Notes under the pieces: generated by a model
Told to the model about the DNA's origin: nothing
The model's database searches: none
The model's input: only the letters and a program-made list of their open reading frames with translations
NCBI GenBank assembly: GCA_050633305.1
Contig: JBOEGF010000021.1
Coordinates: 1-64,000, forward strand
Reading direction: 5' to 3'
Origin: Nannocystales bacterium
Lineage (GTDB): Bacteria; Myxococcota_A; Polyangia; Nannocystales; Nannocystaceae
DNA: 64,000 bases
Shown here: positions 1 to 7,953 of the stretch, piece after piece
How positions within the stretch are numbered: position 1 is the first letter of the stretch
How the letters are laid out: each line of letters opens with the position of its first letter
Position numbers and translations under genes: made by a program

Positions 1-213
1 TCCATTGGAACAGAAGGCTGGGCGTCACGCCATATCGTCGCGCCGTTTCGGAGATGGTTCCGCCTGGCTTCGCGGCATCGTCGAGCAAGGCCCGCTTTTG
101 CTCGGCCGTGTAACGGCGCCGTCGGCCGGGTTGGGCTGGTTGTAAGTCTCGGAGTTCGTCTGACATCGGATTCGTCGTCTCGGACGTGTCCGGTTCAAAC
201 GGGGGCTACTACA
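1..213 (-). mobile_element. Left end of an IS3-family (IS2-like) insertion sequence, truncated by the window edge
   Basis: The minus strand from 213 reads TGTAGTAGCCCCCGTTTGAACCGGACA, a 5'-TG terminus resembling IS2-group ends. It lies 47 bp upstream of an OrfA-like reading frame. Confidence 0.8.
2..166 (-). CDS. IS3-family transposase OrfA (HTH), partial
   Basis: Translated by hand (not in the ORF track): MSDELRDLQPAQPGRRRRYTAEQKRALLDDAAKPGGTISETARRYGVTPSLLFQW. This matches the RRRyt.E.K...s.ARryGv..s.Lf.W pattern of HTH_Tnp_1. Confidence 0.88.
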   Translation of the reverse strand, partial: MSDELRDLQPAQPGRRRRYTAEQKRALLDDAAKPGGTISETARRYGVTPSLLFQW

Positions 214-358
214 TCCCGCCCATACCGCCGGGACCGCCGGGGCCTCCCGGTCCGCCGACCGATTTGACTCGGGCCTCAAGCCAGGCTCGCAGCAGGGCGC
301 AGCGGCGGGAACCAAATACAAGGAACTCGCGTCGTTTCTGAAGACGGTCAAGCTGTGA
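214..358 (+). pseudogene. Possible 3' remnant of a gene interrupted by the IS
   Basis: An open frame abuts the IS end (...PAHTAGTAGASRSADRFDSGLKPGSQQGAAAGTKYKELASFLKTVKL*) with plausible codon usage. Its TGA overlaps a GTG at 355. Confidence 0.4.
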
Positions 359-537
359 CCGCGGCGGCCTACTTTCGAAACAGCGGCCAGAGCAGCTCGT
401 GTTTCCACGAGTGCGGAGTCTCGTTCTCGACCCTGTACTCGGCACGGCACCGTGCCGCCTTCGTCAAACTCGCCGCCACCGAGCTCATGGCCGAGGAACG
501 GATCGTCAAGAAAAACCTCGGTCGGCTTTCGCTTAAG

Positions 538-609
538 GGAGCCAGGGGTGGGGCGGATGAGGACAGAGGCGGGCGCGCGGAGGGGTGGATGGGCGTCTGA
601 GGGACGCTC
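538..609 (+). repeat. 72-bp direct repeat, copy 1
   Basis: GGAGCCAGGGGTGGGGCGGATGAGGACAGAGGCGGGCGCGCGGAGGGGTGGATGGGCGTCTGAGGGACGCTC; 71/72 identical to 2254-2325. Confidence 0.97.
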
Positions 610-796
610 ACCTGTACACGATTCAGTGCGGAGTTTGCGTTGTTCGGTATGTGAGCGCTGGACGACGATTTGGGTCGCCGGCGCCTCGGGCTCTGCAGTT
701 AGCTACCGAGGCCGGAGAACGAAACTCCTTTCGCCCCTGTCCTTTCGAAGTCACGTCCCTTGACCGTTCGAGGACCAAGAGTAAGGCTGCTTCGCA

Positions 797-1264
797 ATGG
801 CGAAATTCAATCTCACCACCCTGACAATGGTAACCCTTGGGGCTATCGGGGCCATGTTCCCGCTATTCGATTCGACCGAGTCCGTGGCGAACGCACAAGT
901 TCCACTCGCAAAAACAGCACAAGCGGATGTGATCGCGTTCCAGGAACCCCTGGAGACTCCGGAACCGACCCCTATGATGAGCACCTGCGACCCGGAGGAC
1001 GACCTTTCTCAGTCCTGTTGTGACAACCTCGAAACAGCCGGGAACTTGGAGAGCGCCGAGCGTCTGGCTGGCGCTCTAGAGGGCTGTGACCCGGGTATCA
1101 ACGTATCGACTAGCGACGATTGCATCAACGCCACGTGCAACGGACCGACATCATGCAAGAAATTGAAGAAGGGGTGCGATCATTTTCTCGTTAAAGGAAA
1201 ATGGGGGTGCTCGCAGGAAACGGGCGGCGTTTGTACAAGCGGTACGTGCGACAAATGCTACTAG
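797..1264 (+). CDS. Secreted cysteine-rich protein (signal peptide, acidic region, cationic 8-Cys C-terminal domain)
   Basis: 155 aa with a hydrophobic N-terminus and 12 Cys. The C-terminus is CINATCNGPTSCKKLKKGCDHFLVKGKWGCSQETGGVCTSGTCDKCY. Confidence 0.75.
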   Translation: MAKFNLTTLTMVTLGAIGAMFPLFDSTESVANAQVPLAKTAQADVIAFQEPLETPEPTPMMSTCDPEDDLSQSCCDNLETAGNLESAERLAGALEGCDPGINVSTSDDCINATCNGPTSCKKLKKGCDHFLVKGKWGCSQETGGVCTSGTCDKCY

Positions 1265-1326
1265 TATCTGCGGAACGTGCCGGAGCAGCTCGCCCGGACA
1301 GGTGAGTTGCTGCGGGCTGCGGGGGC

Positions 1327-2115
1327 ATGTACAAGAACGATGTGCGCGCGCCAAGACTGCGAGCGGGTCGTCGGTTGGCCCCATCTCTGGTTGTCGGTCT
1401 ACTTTGCCTAGGCCTCGGTGGCCTTGTCGGGTACGCAACCGGCACGGTGACGGGACGACCTGCGCAGAACCGGCGGGGCACGCCCCCTACCGGTCTTGAA
1501 CGTCACACAAGCCGGCGCCCGAGCAGTCTGGTTTGCGCGCGGCGGGGCACTCTGCCTGCACCCCCGTCCGCGCCAGACTGCGACTGTGAAATGGTGTCGG
1601 CCTGGTCCGACCTCATGGAACGGCAGCTGGCCGAGTGCGAAGCTGGGTCTCGACGAGTTCGAGACCCATGGCCGACGGACCTTCCGCCACAAGAGGACCC
1701 CGAGGCATGGGTCGAAACGGTAGAAGACGCGTTCGCAGAGTGTGAGGTTCCGGGGGCGATTGAGGTTGTCAACTGTGTCGAATACCCATGCGTTGCTGCC
1801 GTGAGGAGCGACGGAACCGCCGACGCGCAGTCCGACGCGGAAGCCCTGCGGTCTCGCCTTGATCGTTGTGCTCCTTTGAGATCCGGGCTATCGATCTCTG
1901 AGCCCGGTACGGATGCAATTCAGGTCCATCCTATCGAGGTGGTATGTGAAGACGGCTCCAAAGAGCGGGCCCAGGTAGTGATCGCTCTGGATCCCGCTGG
2001 CCCGGCTTGGTCAGAGTTTAATCAAACCGACAAGGATATCGATGCGATACTTCGATGGTACTATCGGAGAACCGACGATGTGGTGGCCTCCTGGAAGTGC
2101 GTTGCTGACCAGTAG
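1327..2115 (+). CDS. Membrane-anchored Cys-containing hypothetical protein
   Basis: 262 aa ORF with an N-terminal hydrophobic segment (LVVGLLCLGLGGLVGYA) and an acidic Cys-containing C-terminal domain (CVEYPCV). Confidence 0.65.
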   Translation: MYKNDVRAPRLRAGRRLAPSLVVGLLCLGLGGLVGYATGTVTGRPAQNRRGTPPTGLERHTSRRPSSLVCARRGTLPAPPSAPDCDCEMVSAWSDLMERQLAECEAGSRRVRDPWPTDLPPQEDPEAWVETVEDAFAECEVPGAIEVVNCVEYPCVAAVRSDGTADAQSDAEALRSRLDRCAPLRSGLSISEPGTDAIQVHPIEVVCEDGSKERAQVVIALDPAGPAWSEFNQTDKDIDAILRWYYRRTDDVVASWKCVADQ

Positions 2116-2253
2116 TAGACACTCGTGGTCGGTCGAACTGAAACGGCCAGCTGCACTTGTGTGGGCTTGGATGGTCGTCGACCGTCTAGCTGGCCGCGGC
2201 ATCGGCGCAGATGGCCGGAGAGGAGTGAGAGGGCAACGCGGGCGGTGGCCAGC

Positions 2254-2325
2254 GGAGCCAGGGGTGGGGCGGATGAGGACAGAGGCGGGCGCGCGGAGGG
2301 GCGGATGGGCGTCTGAGGGACGCTC
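2254..2325 (+). repeat. 72-bp direct repeat, copy 2
   Basis: Same as 538-609 with one T>C difference. Confidence 0.97.
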
Positions 2326-2479
2326 GCGGAGTTCCGTGGTGTGCTAATGCGCGTACGGATGGCGAGGCGCTCGCGGTGAGCGAGGGCGTGATAGGGCCCA
2401 GAGCTCAGGCCAGAAACAACATCAGCTGCGCGCGAGATGAGGATCGCGGTGGCGGCCGAGCGGCATGCAGCGCTTCGGC

Positions 2480-2700
2480 TGTTGCGGCGTGCTGTGGCCT
2501 CGACCGCTGCGACGATGCGGACGTCGAGACCGCTGAAGACGGCTCCACGAGCTGCCGCGACGACGTCTCGGGCCAGTTCATCCCGATGGTGTGCTGCGCC
2601 CAGCGCTGCGATGGACCGCAACGGCATCTGCCGCAACGAGGACAGCGGCGAGTTCGCGGACCCTTCCTGCTGCGCCGACCAGTGCTTCGCAGCGCGGAGA
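2480..2700 (+). pseudogene. Frameshifted remnant of a Cys-rich repeat protein
   Basis: Two similar units, CRDDVSGQFIPMVCCAQRC and CRNEDSGEFADPSCCADQC, lie in different frames, joined near 2610. Confidence 0.5.
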
Positions 2701-3338
2701 CGTGGATGCGGTCGATGCTTGCAACGGTACGCAAGAGCGCCCCGAGTCGTCGGGTTTGCGCAGGCGCTCGTGCTTGAACCCCGCGCGAGCGGCATCGGCC
2801 CATGGGGGCGGGCGCCGCTCGTTTGCGTTGGGGCGTCCTTCGCTTCTCGGCGAGACGCTAACCTGCGCGGACACAGTGGGGGAGCAAGCTGGCGATGTTG
2901 CGAGCGTCGTCGATGCCGCGGTGGTGTGTGCCCGTCAAGGGCAGCCCGACCGCACGCAGGGCTGCTGCCATCCCGAACCGTTTTCGAGCTGCATGCCGCC
3001 GATGGAGGCCTGGTCCTCACAGCCCGCGCTGCAATCGAGAGCTCGGTCGCAAGGACGTTGTGGGAGAGGCCGCCGACGATCGCATTGCGACCGGTCGTGA
3101 TGAAGACTCCTCGCGTGTTGGCCACTCCCGTTGCCAGCACGACGTCGTTGTGCAGCCCCAAGTCTCCGGTGCCGCTGTACTCGACACCAATCCGAGGGCC
3201 GCCGGGCCCGATCGTATCGACATGAATCGTGTTTCGGGGAAGAAATCACCACGAACGCGGACCGAGGCCTCGGACCAAGGCTCGTGACAACCGGCCTGCG
3301 GAGCTGCTCGCCACCGAGGCCGTACGGCGCGCGTCATG

Positions 3339-3896
3339 TCACGGCGTGGCAAGCAGTCGCTCGAATGCCGCGCGTCGGTGCGGGAGCACTCCGTCGGCCA
3401 CGAGCGGTCCGCCGACCTCTGGCACAAGCATCGCGGCGAACCCGGGGGCGTCGTCGAGCGTTGCACGCAGGGTGCCGGCGACCTGGGCTTGAGCTGTTCG
3501 CACACGGTCATCCACGACCAGTGCGACAGCGCAGATGAGGCGTGCGGCGGTTCCGACCCCAGCTTGCTCCAACAGCGTACGAGTCGCGGCGGGATATCCC
3601 CCGTGCTCGGCTGCCCAGCGAGCGGTGAGGACTCCCGGCCCACCATTCAAGGCGTCGGCTTCAAACCCCGTGTCGTCGGCAAGCGCGGCCATCCCCGTGG
3701 CTCGCGAAGCGGCTTGGGCTTTGAGGACTGCGTTGCCCACGTAGTCGGGTTCGGTTTCCTCGGGCTCGGCCAACGCAAGGTCGCTGGGCGTGTGCACGCG
3801 GACGCCCAGCGGCTCCAGCAGGAGTCTCCACTCGGCGAGTTTTCCGGGGTTGTGGGTGGCGACAACGAGGGACGCGGGCAGCCACGAGGGAGTCAT
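3339..3896 (-). CDS. Ham1/RdgB-like non-canonical purine NTP pyrophosphatase (divergent)
   Basis: Motifs ATHNPGKLAE, PEET...NAVLKA, ADDTG...ALNGGPGVLTARW and PHR. The ATG at 3896 overlaps the upstream stop (ATGA). Confidence 0.85.
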   Translation of the reverse strand: MTPSWLPASLVVATHNPGKLAEWRLLLEPLGVRVHTPSDLALAEPEETEPDYVGNAVLKAQAASRATGMAALADDTGFEADALNGGPGVLTARWAAEHGGYPAATRTLLEQAGVGTAARLICAVALVVDDRVRTAQAQVAGTLRATLDDAPGFAAMLVPEVGGPLVADGVLPHRRAAFERLLATP

Positions 3897-4558
3897 GGGG
3901 TCTTGGCTGGCTCGGCGGGGGCCTTCTCGCCACGGGCGATGTTGGTGAGCCGGACCTCGACCGAAAAGGTCCCTCGTTCGATATTCACGGGCTCGTTCTT
4001 GCTGGGTGGCTTGGGTGCCAGGATGCCTTCGAAGGTTCCGGTGAGGGTCCGGCCGGTGAGCGATTCGAGGGTGAGCCGCATTGGTGTCTCGCTGTCGATC
4101 TCGCTGGTCCACTGATCGACGCGGCCCATTTCATACTTCGCGACCAGTTTGGGCTCTCCCTTCTTGGTCTCACCCGCGATGAAGGTCGCAGGGAACTCCA
4201 GGGTGTCGAGCTTGAGGGGATCGAGCGAGAAGACGAGCGACGGGGTTCCTTCGTCGGTCAACGCGCCGCGAAGCTTGACCCACGAGACGCCCGTATCCGG
4301 GTAGTGGACCGCAGCGTTGTCCCCACGTGGGAAGAACACGAAGTGCTGCCGCTTCCCGGAGAGGTCGGCCTCCATCGTGCCCTTCATCGTGACTCGGCGC
4401 GGCTTGCCCGGGTCGCTCATCACTTGCGGAGAGTGGTTGGGCACGGGAATGCGGGTCGTGTCGACGCTCTTCTTCACCTTCCGCGGGGGATCCTTCGGGG
4501 CCTCGTCCTTGCAGGCTCCGAGGAGGGACACCGCGATGAGCAGGACGACGCTTCGCAT
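3893..4558 (-). CDS. Hypothetical lipoprotein
   Basis: Lipobox in MRSVVLLIAVSLLGA-C. Confidence 0.75.
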   Translation of the reverse strand: MRSVVLLIAVSLLGACKDEAPKDPPRKVKKSVDTTRIPVPNHSPQVMSDPGKPRRVTMKGTMEADLSGKRQHFVFFPRGDNAAVHYPDTGVSWVKLRGALTDEGTPSLVFSLDPLKLDTLEFPATFIAGETKKGEPKLVAKYEMGRVDQWTSEIDSETPMRLTLESLTGRTLTGTFEGILAPKPPSKNEPVNIERGTFSVEVRLTNIARGEKAPAEPAKTP

Positions 4559-4645
4559 GCGTGGAGGGTAACAACTTGCAGAAGGTCGCAGCGGGGGCAT
4601 GGAGCCCCTGCGCTGGGGTGCTTGGCGCCCGAGCTGGGAATCTCG

Positions 4646-6031
4646 CTAGTCGCGGCCGGTCAGCGACCGCGCCCGGGAGCGCAGATCCGCGAGCCCATGC
4701 TTTGTGACCGAGGCCAACGCGGTGGCCCGGCCTCGCACGCTTCGCCCATAGGCCGCTCTTGCAGCGCTCTCCAGGAAGTCGAACGTGGACGAACGCGCGG
4801 GATACAGCGGGACAGCACGCATGGCGCGTTCGATCTCCTTGGCGTGTGGAGTCGGACCTGGCGGAGGTGCGGGGAGCTGGTCGAGCGTCTCGAAGGGACA
4901 CACAGCCATGACCGGCCCCAACAGGCGCTCCTGGGTGATGAGCATCTGAGAGTCGACGCCTGTCAGGAGCGTGGGCTGGAAGAAGGAGCCCCCGAGATCG
5001 TTGCGCCGCTCTCCCCCCACGCGAAGGGCTGCACCGCGGCGCACGGCGTCGTCGAGGAGTCGCTCGAGTGGTTCGATACGCGAGGGCGTGATGAGGGGCC
5101 CGCAGTCGGTGCTGGCGCTCAGTGGGGTGCCGACCTTGAGGCGCGAGATGACCCGAGTCGCCTGCCGAAGGAACCGGTCGTAGTGCTCTCGGTGCACGTA
5201 GACCAACGGTGCACCGCCGTGAAGCTGGCCGGCGGCGGCGAAGATGCGGCGCATCGCGGGCTGGAGGATGTGCTCGGGGTCGTCGTCCTGGCCCACGATG
5301 ATCGGGCGACAGATCTCGATGCCATACGAGACGGGCGTGAGCGAAGCGGCAGCGGCAGCGGCCACCGACCGGCTCGTCTCAGCGGTCCCGACGAACGTGA
5401 TTCGATCTGGCCCCGCGGACGCGAGCGCCTCTCCACTTTCGACCCTTCCGGTGACGAGCTGAAGCAGCTCTCGGGGGTGCCCCTGCTCGGCCAACACGTC
5501 GCGAACAAGCTCGGCGAACTGGAGGCTGGACCATGCGACACGGTCGGAGACCTTGACCACCACGGCGCTGCCTTCGAGCAGGGCGGGCGCGATGGGGACG
5601 AGAAGGTTGCGAAGCGGCAGGTAGCCGGGCGTAAAGAAACCGAGAATGCCCGGTGTGTTCTGGCGCCCGTCTGCCTGCACCTTCTGTTTCCACGGCAACC
5701 GGGAGGGACGCGCGCGTTCCAATAGGGCGGTCAGGGCACGACCCACCGGGATGATCTCGTGCACCATCGCGTCGAGCATGGTCTCGCCGCTGTCGTGGGC
5801 GGCCACTCGGCACAGCTCGTCTTGGCTGGCGAGGACACGGTCCAAGACGGCCGAGATCACGGCATGTCGTTTGCCGGGGTCGAGCCCACTCCAACGGGGT
5901 TGGAGGAAGCGGGCGCGATGGATCGCGGCGACGACATCGTCCTCGCCCATGCGCGGCACCTCGCCGAGCAGTTCCCCGGTGGCAGGGTCGCGGCAGTCCA
6001 TCACGTCTGTGGTGCGGAGGTACGGGTCCAC
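4646..6031 (-). CDS. Aldehyde dehydrogenase family protein, probably catalytically inactive
   Basis: ALDH-fold motifs DPATGE, PALLEGSAVVVKVS, FVGT, GPLIT and GSFFQPTLL are present. The ELGG and catalytic GQxC motifs are degenerate. Confidence 0.85.
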   Translation of the reverse strand: MDPYLRTTDVMDCRDPATGELLGEVPRMGEDDVVAAIHRARFLQPRWSGLDPGKRHAVISAVLDRVLASQDELCRVAAHDSGETMLDAMVHEIIPVGRALTALLERARPSRLPWKQKVQADGRQNTPGILGFFTPGYLPLRNLLVPIAPALLEGSAVVVKVSDRVAWSSLQFAELVRDVLAEQGHPRELLQLVTGRVESGEALASAGPDRITFVGTAETSRSVAAAAAASLTPVSYGIEICRPIIVGQDDDPEHILQPAMRRIFAAAGQLHGGAPLVYVHREHYDRFLRQATRVISRLKVGTPLSASTDCGPLITPSRIEPLERLLDDAVRRGAALRVGGERRNDLGGSFFQPTLLTGVDSQMLITQERLLGPVMAVCPFETLDQLPAPPPGPTPHAKEIERAMRAVPLYPARSSTFDFLESAARAAYGRSVRGRATALASVTKHGLADLRSRARSLTGRD

Positions 6032-6075
6032 GAGCGGACCACGAGCCTACCCGTTTCGGGGGCTCGTGGTCGATG

Positions 6076-7929
6076 CTAACGACGACGGCGTCGCATCATC
6101 AGGACCGGGATCAGAAGGAACGCGCCGTTCCAGCCCGAGCCGCCCTCGCTACAGCCGCAGCCGTCGTTTCCACCGTCTGAGGGAGCGCCGCCAGAGGAGG
6201 AATCGTCGGTTGCTGTGGTGTCGGCCGTGGTGGCCGGGGCGGTGGTTCCGCTGATGGAGGTCGAGCCTGGTCCTGGGCCTGTTCCACCACCCGTGGAGGA
6301 GGTGGAGCCCCCTCCGGAGCTCGATTCGCTGCCCGGACGGTCAAATCCCTCGATCGGGAGTTGCAGGACTTGCTCCGCCAGTGTGCTCGGCGTGGCGCCT
6401 CCCATCTCGTCGAAGAGGCCTGCGACGTGGGTCCCGGCCTCGCCCCCATTGGACTCGAGGAACGAAATGTACTCCGGCGTGTTGATCAGATACCGGACCC
6501 GAACCGTGAGCTCGAGGACGTCGTCGGTGGTGTCCTCGGGGGTCGCATCCATCAGGCCTTCGACGCCTGAGAAGTTGTACGTGTTGACGTCGAAGTTCGG
6601 CCACGTGCCGTCTGGCAGCAGCGTATAGCGGGTGCCGACAGGGTCGGTTTCGATGTCCGGCTGGGCGCCAAGCGGCGGGATGCGTGTGTCCTCGACCCAG
6701 TGGTTGTTTCGCAGCAGGTGAAACTGCGTGCCGTCGGCATAGTCTTCGCCAATGCCTTCGTAGGTGCGCAGCTGAGGGTCGACCTGCAGCCCGTCGGTGG
6801 GGTTCCATCCGCCGGAGCTAAACAGGACGTCGTCACCATAACGGCCCACAACCTCGACCCACATGACTCGCCCTTCGGAGTACCCGCTGGGAAGCTTGTG
6901 GCCAGTGTTGTTGGTGACCGTGACCTGAAGGTCCGAGAGCCCGTCGTCGACGTCGAACACCTTGGGTCCGCTCACCTCGAGCGATGCTGCGGTGGCGAGG
7001 AATTCGTCCATGCGCTCGATGTTGAGGTCGAAGAAGACGCTCGGCACCTCGCCTTGGCCCGCGTCGCCGTACTCGTTGCGCAACAACTCCAGCATGAAGC
7101 GGTTGGCGCCGTTGAAGTCGTGCCGGCGACCGCCACTTGCGTGGGTGTACTGGTTGAGGTGATCGGAGCAGCCCGGTTTGTCCGGGACCGCGGTCATGTG
7201 GCAGTCCTGGCAGGACGCGAAGTCCTCCCCGGGCTGCGCGTAGGCGCTGCCGAGCCACTCGGAGTAGGTCCGCTGCTCGTTGAAAGACGTGCCCATGCCG
7301 ACCCCGTCGTCGTCGACGCGCTCGGCGGGAGTGGTGACGTCGTGGCAGGTGCCACAGAACCGGGATTCACCGATGTACTCGTCGAAAACCCAGTCGTGGG
7401 GAGGCTCGGGGACACCATCGGTGAAGTCCCACGGTCCTCGACGAGGCACGTTGAACCCGTCGGGACCCAACGCGTCCGCGATGGTGTACTGCGCGTTGCC
7501 GGCCGGGACCCCGGGGTCTTCCATGACCCGGTGGCAAAACTCGCACTCGATCCCCTCCTGCTCCTGAGGGGTCAGCTCGCTCATGCTGATCGCTTCCGCG
7601 TTTCCATCCACGAACGCGCGGGGTGAGTGACAGCGAACGCAGACCTCAGTCTCCCCCGGGAGGTCTTGATCGGCGACCGCAACCCCCGCCCAGAACACAG
7701 GGTCCCGGGCGGAGTTGGCCATCATCGTCCCCTGCCAGGTGTTGAACGGGGAGTAGGGAGGGTCGTCGAGGTCGGCCCCGGCGTTGTTGTAGCCGTGGCA
7801 GAACTCGCACTGTCCTGCCTGAAAGAGGTCGTTGACCAACTCGCCGGGCTGCGTCGGGGCAGCCGCGGCGGAGGAGGAGAGCAGCGCCGTCGCGCCACAG
7901 ACTAGGAGATTCGTAGCGCGTCGCCGCAT
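6076..7929 (-). CDS. Multiheme (5 CxxCH) c-type cytochrome with MYXO-CTERM anchor
   Basis: Signal peptide; CEFCH, CVRCH, CEFCH, CGTCH, CQDCH; Ser/Thr/Gly linker; C-terminal GCGC-hydrophobic-RRRRR. Confidence 0.88.
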   Translation of the reverse strand: MRRRATNLLVCGATALLSSSAAAAPTQPGELVNDLFQAGQCEFCHGYNNAGADLDDPPYSPFNTWQGTMMANSARDPVFWAGVAVADQDLPGETEVCVRCHSPRAFVDGNAEAISMSELTPQEQEGIECEFCHRVMEDPGVPAGNAQYTIADALGPDGFNVPRRGPWDFTDGVPEPPHDWVFDEYIGESRFCGTCHDVTTPAERVDDDGVGMGTSFNEQRTYSEWLGSAYAQPGEDFASCQDCHMTAVPDKPGCSDHLNQYTHASGGRRHDFNGANRFMLELLRNEYGDAGQGEVPSVFFDLNIERMDEFLATAASLEVSGPKVFDVDDGLSDLQVTVTNNTGHKLPSGYSEGRVMWVEVVGRYGDDVLFSSGGWNPTDGLQVDPQLRTYEGIGEDYADGTQFHLLRNNHWVEDTRIPPLGAQPDIETDPVGTRYTLLPDGTWPNFDVNTYNFSGVEGLMDATPEDTTDDVLELTVRVRYLINTPEYISFLESNGGEAGTHVAGLFDEMGGATPSTLAEQVLQLPIEGFDRPGSESSSGGGSTSSTGGGTGPGPGSTSISGTTAPATTADTTATDDSSSGGAPSDGGNDGCGCSEGGSGWNGAFLLIPVLMMRRRRR

Positions 7930-7953
7930 GTGCTGGTCCTTGTTGTAGCGGGT

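Noticed and set aside
209..445. Minus-strand ORF ending GGPGGPGGPGGMGGM, like a GroEL/DnaK tail
   Set aside because: The rest has no chaperone similarity, and the stop codon is supplied by the IS terminus.
355..600. 81-aa ORF overlapping the upstream stop
   Set aside because: No recognisable motif, and it runs into the 72-bp repeat; it may be a remnant but cannot be supported.
538..2325. The repeat as a CRISPR array or integron attC site
   Set aside because: Only two copies 1.7 kb apart, no cas or integrase gene, and no attC-like palindrome or GTTRRRY ends.
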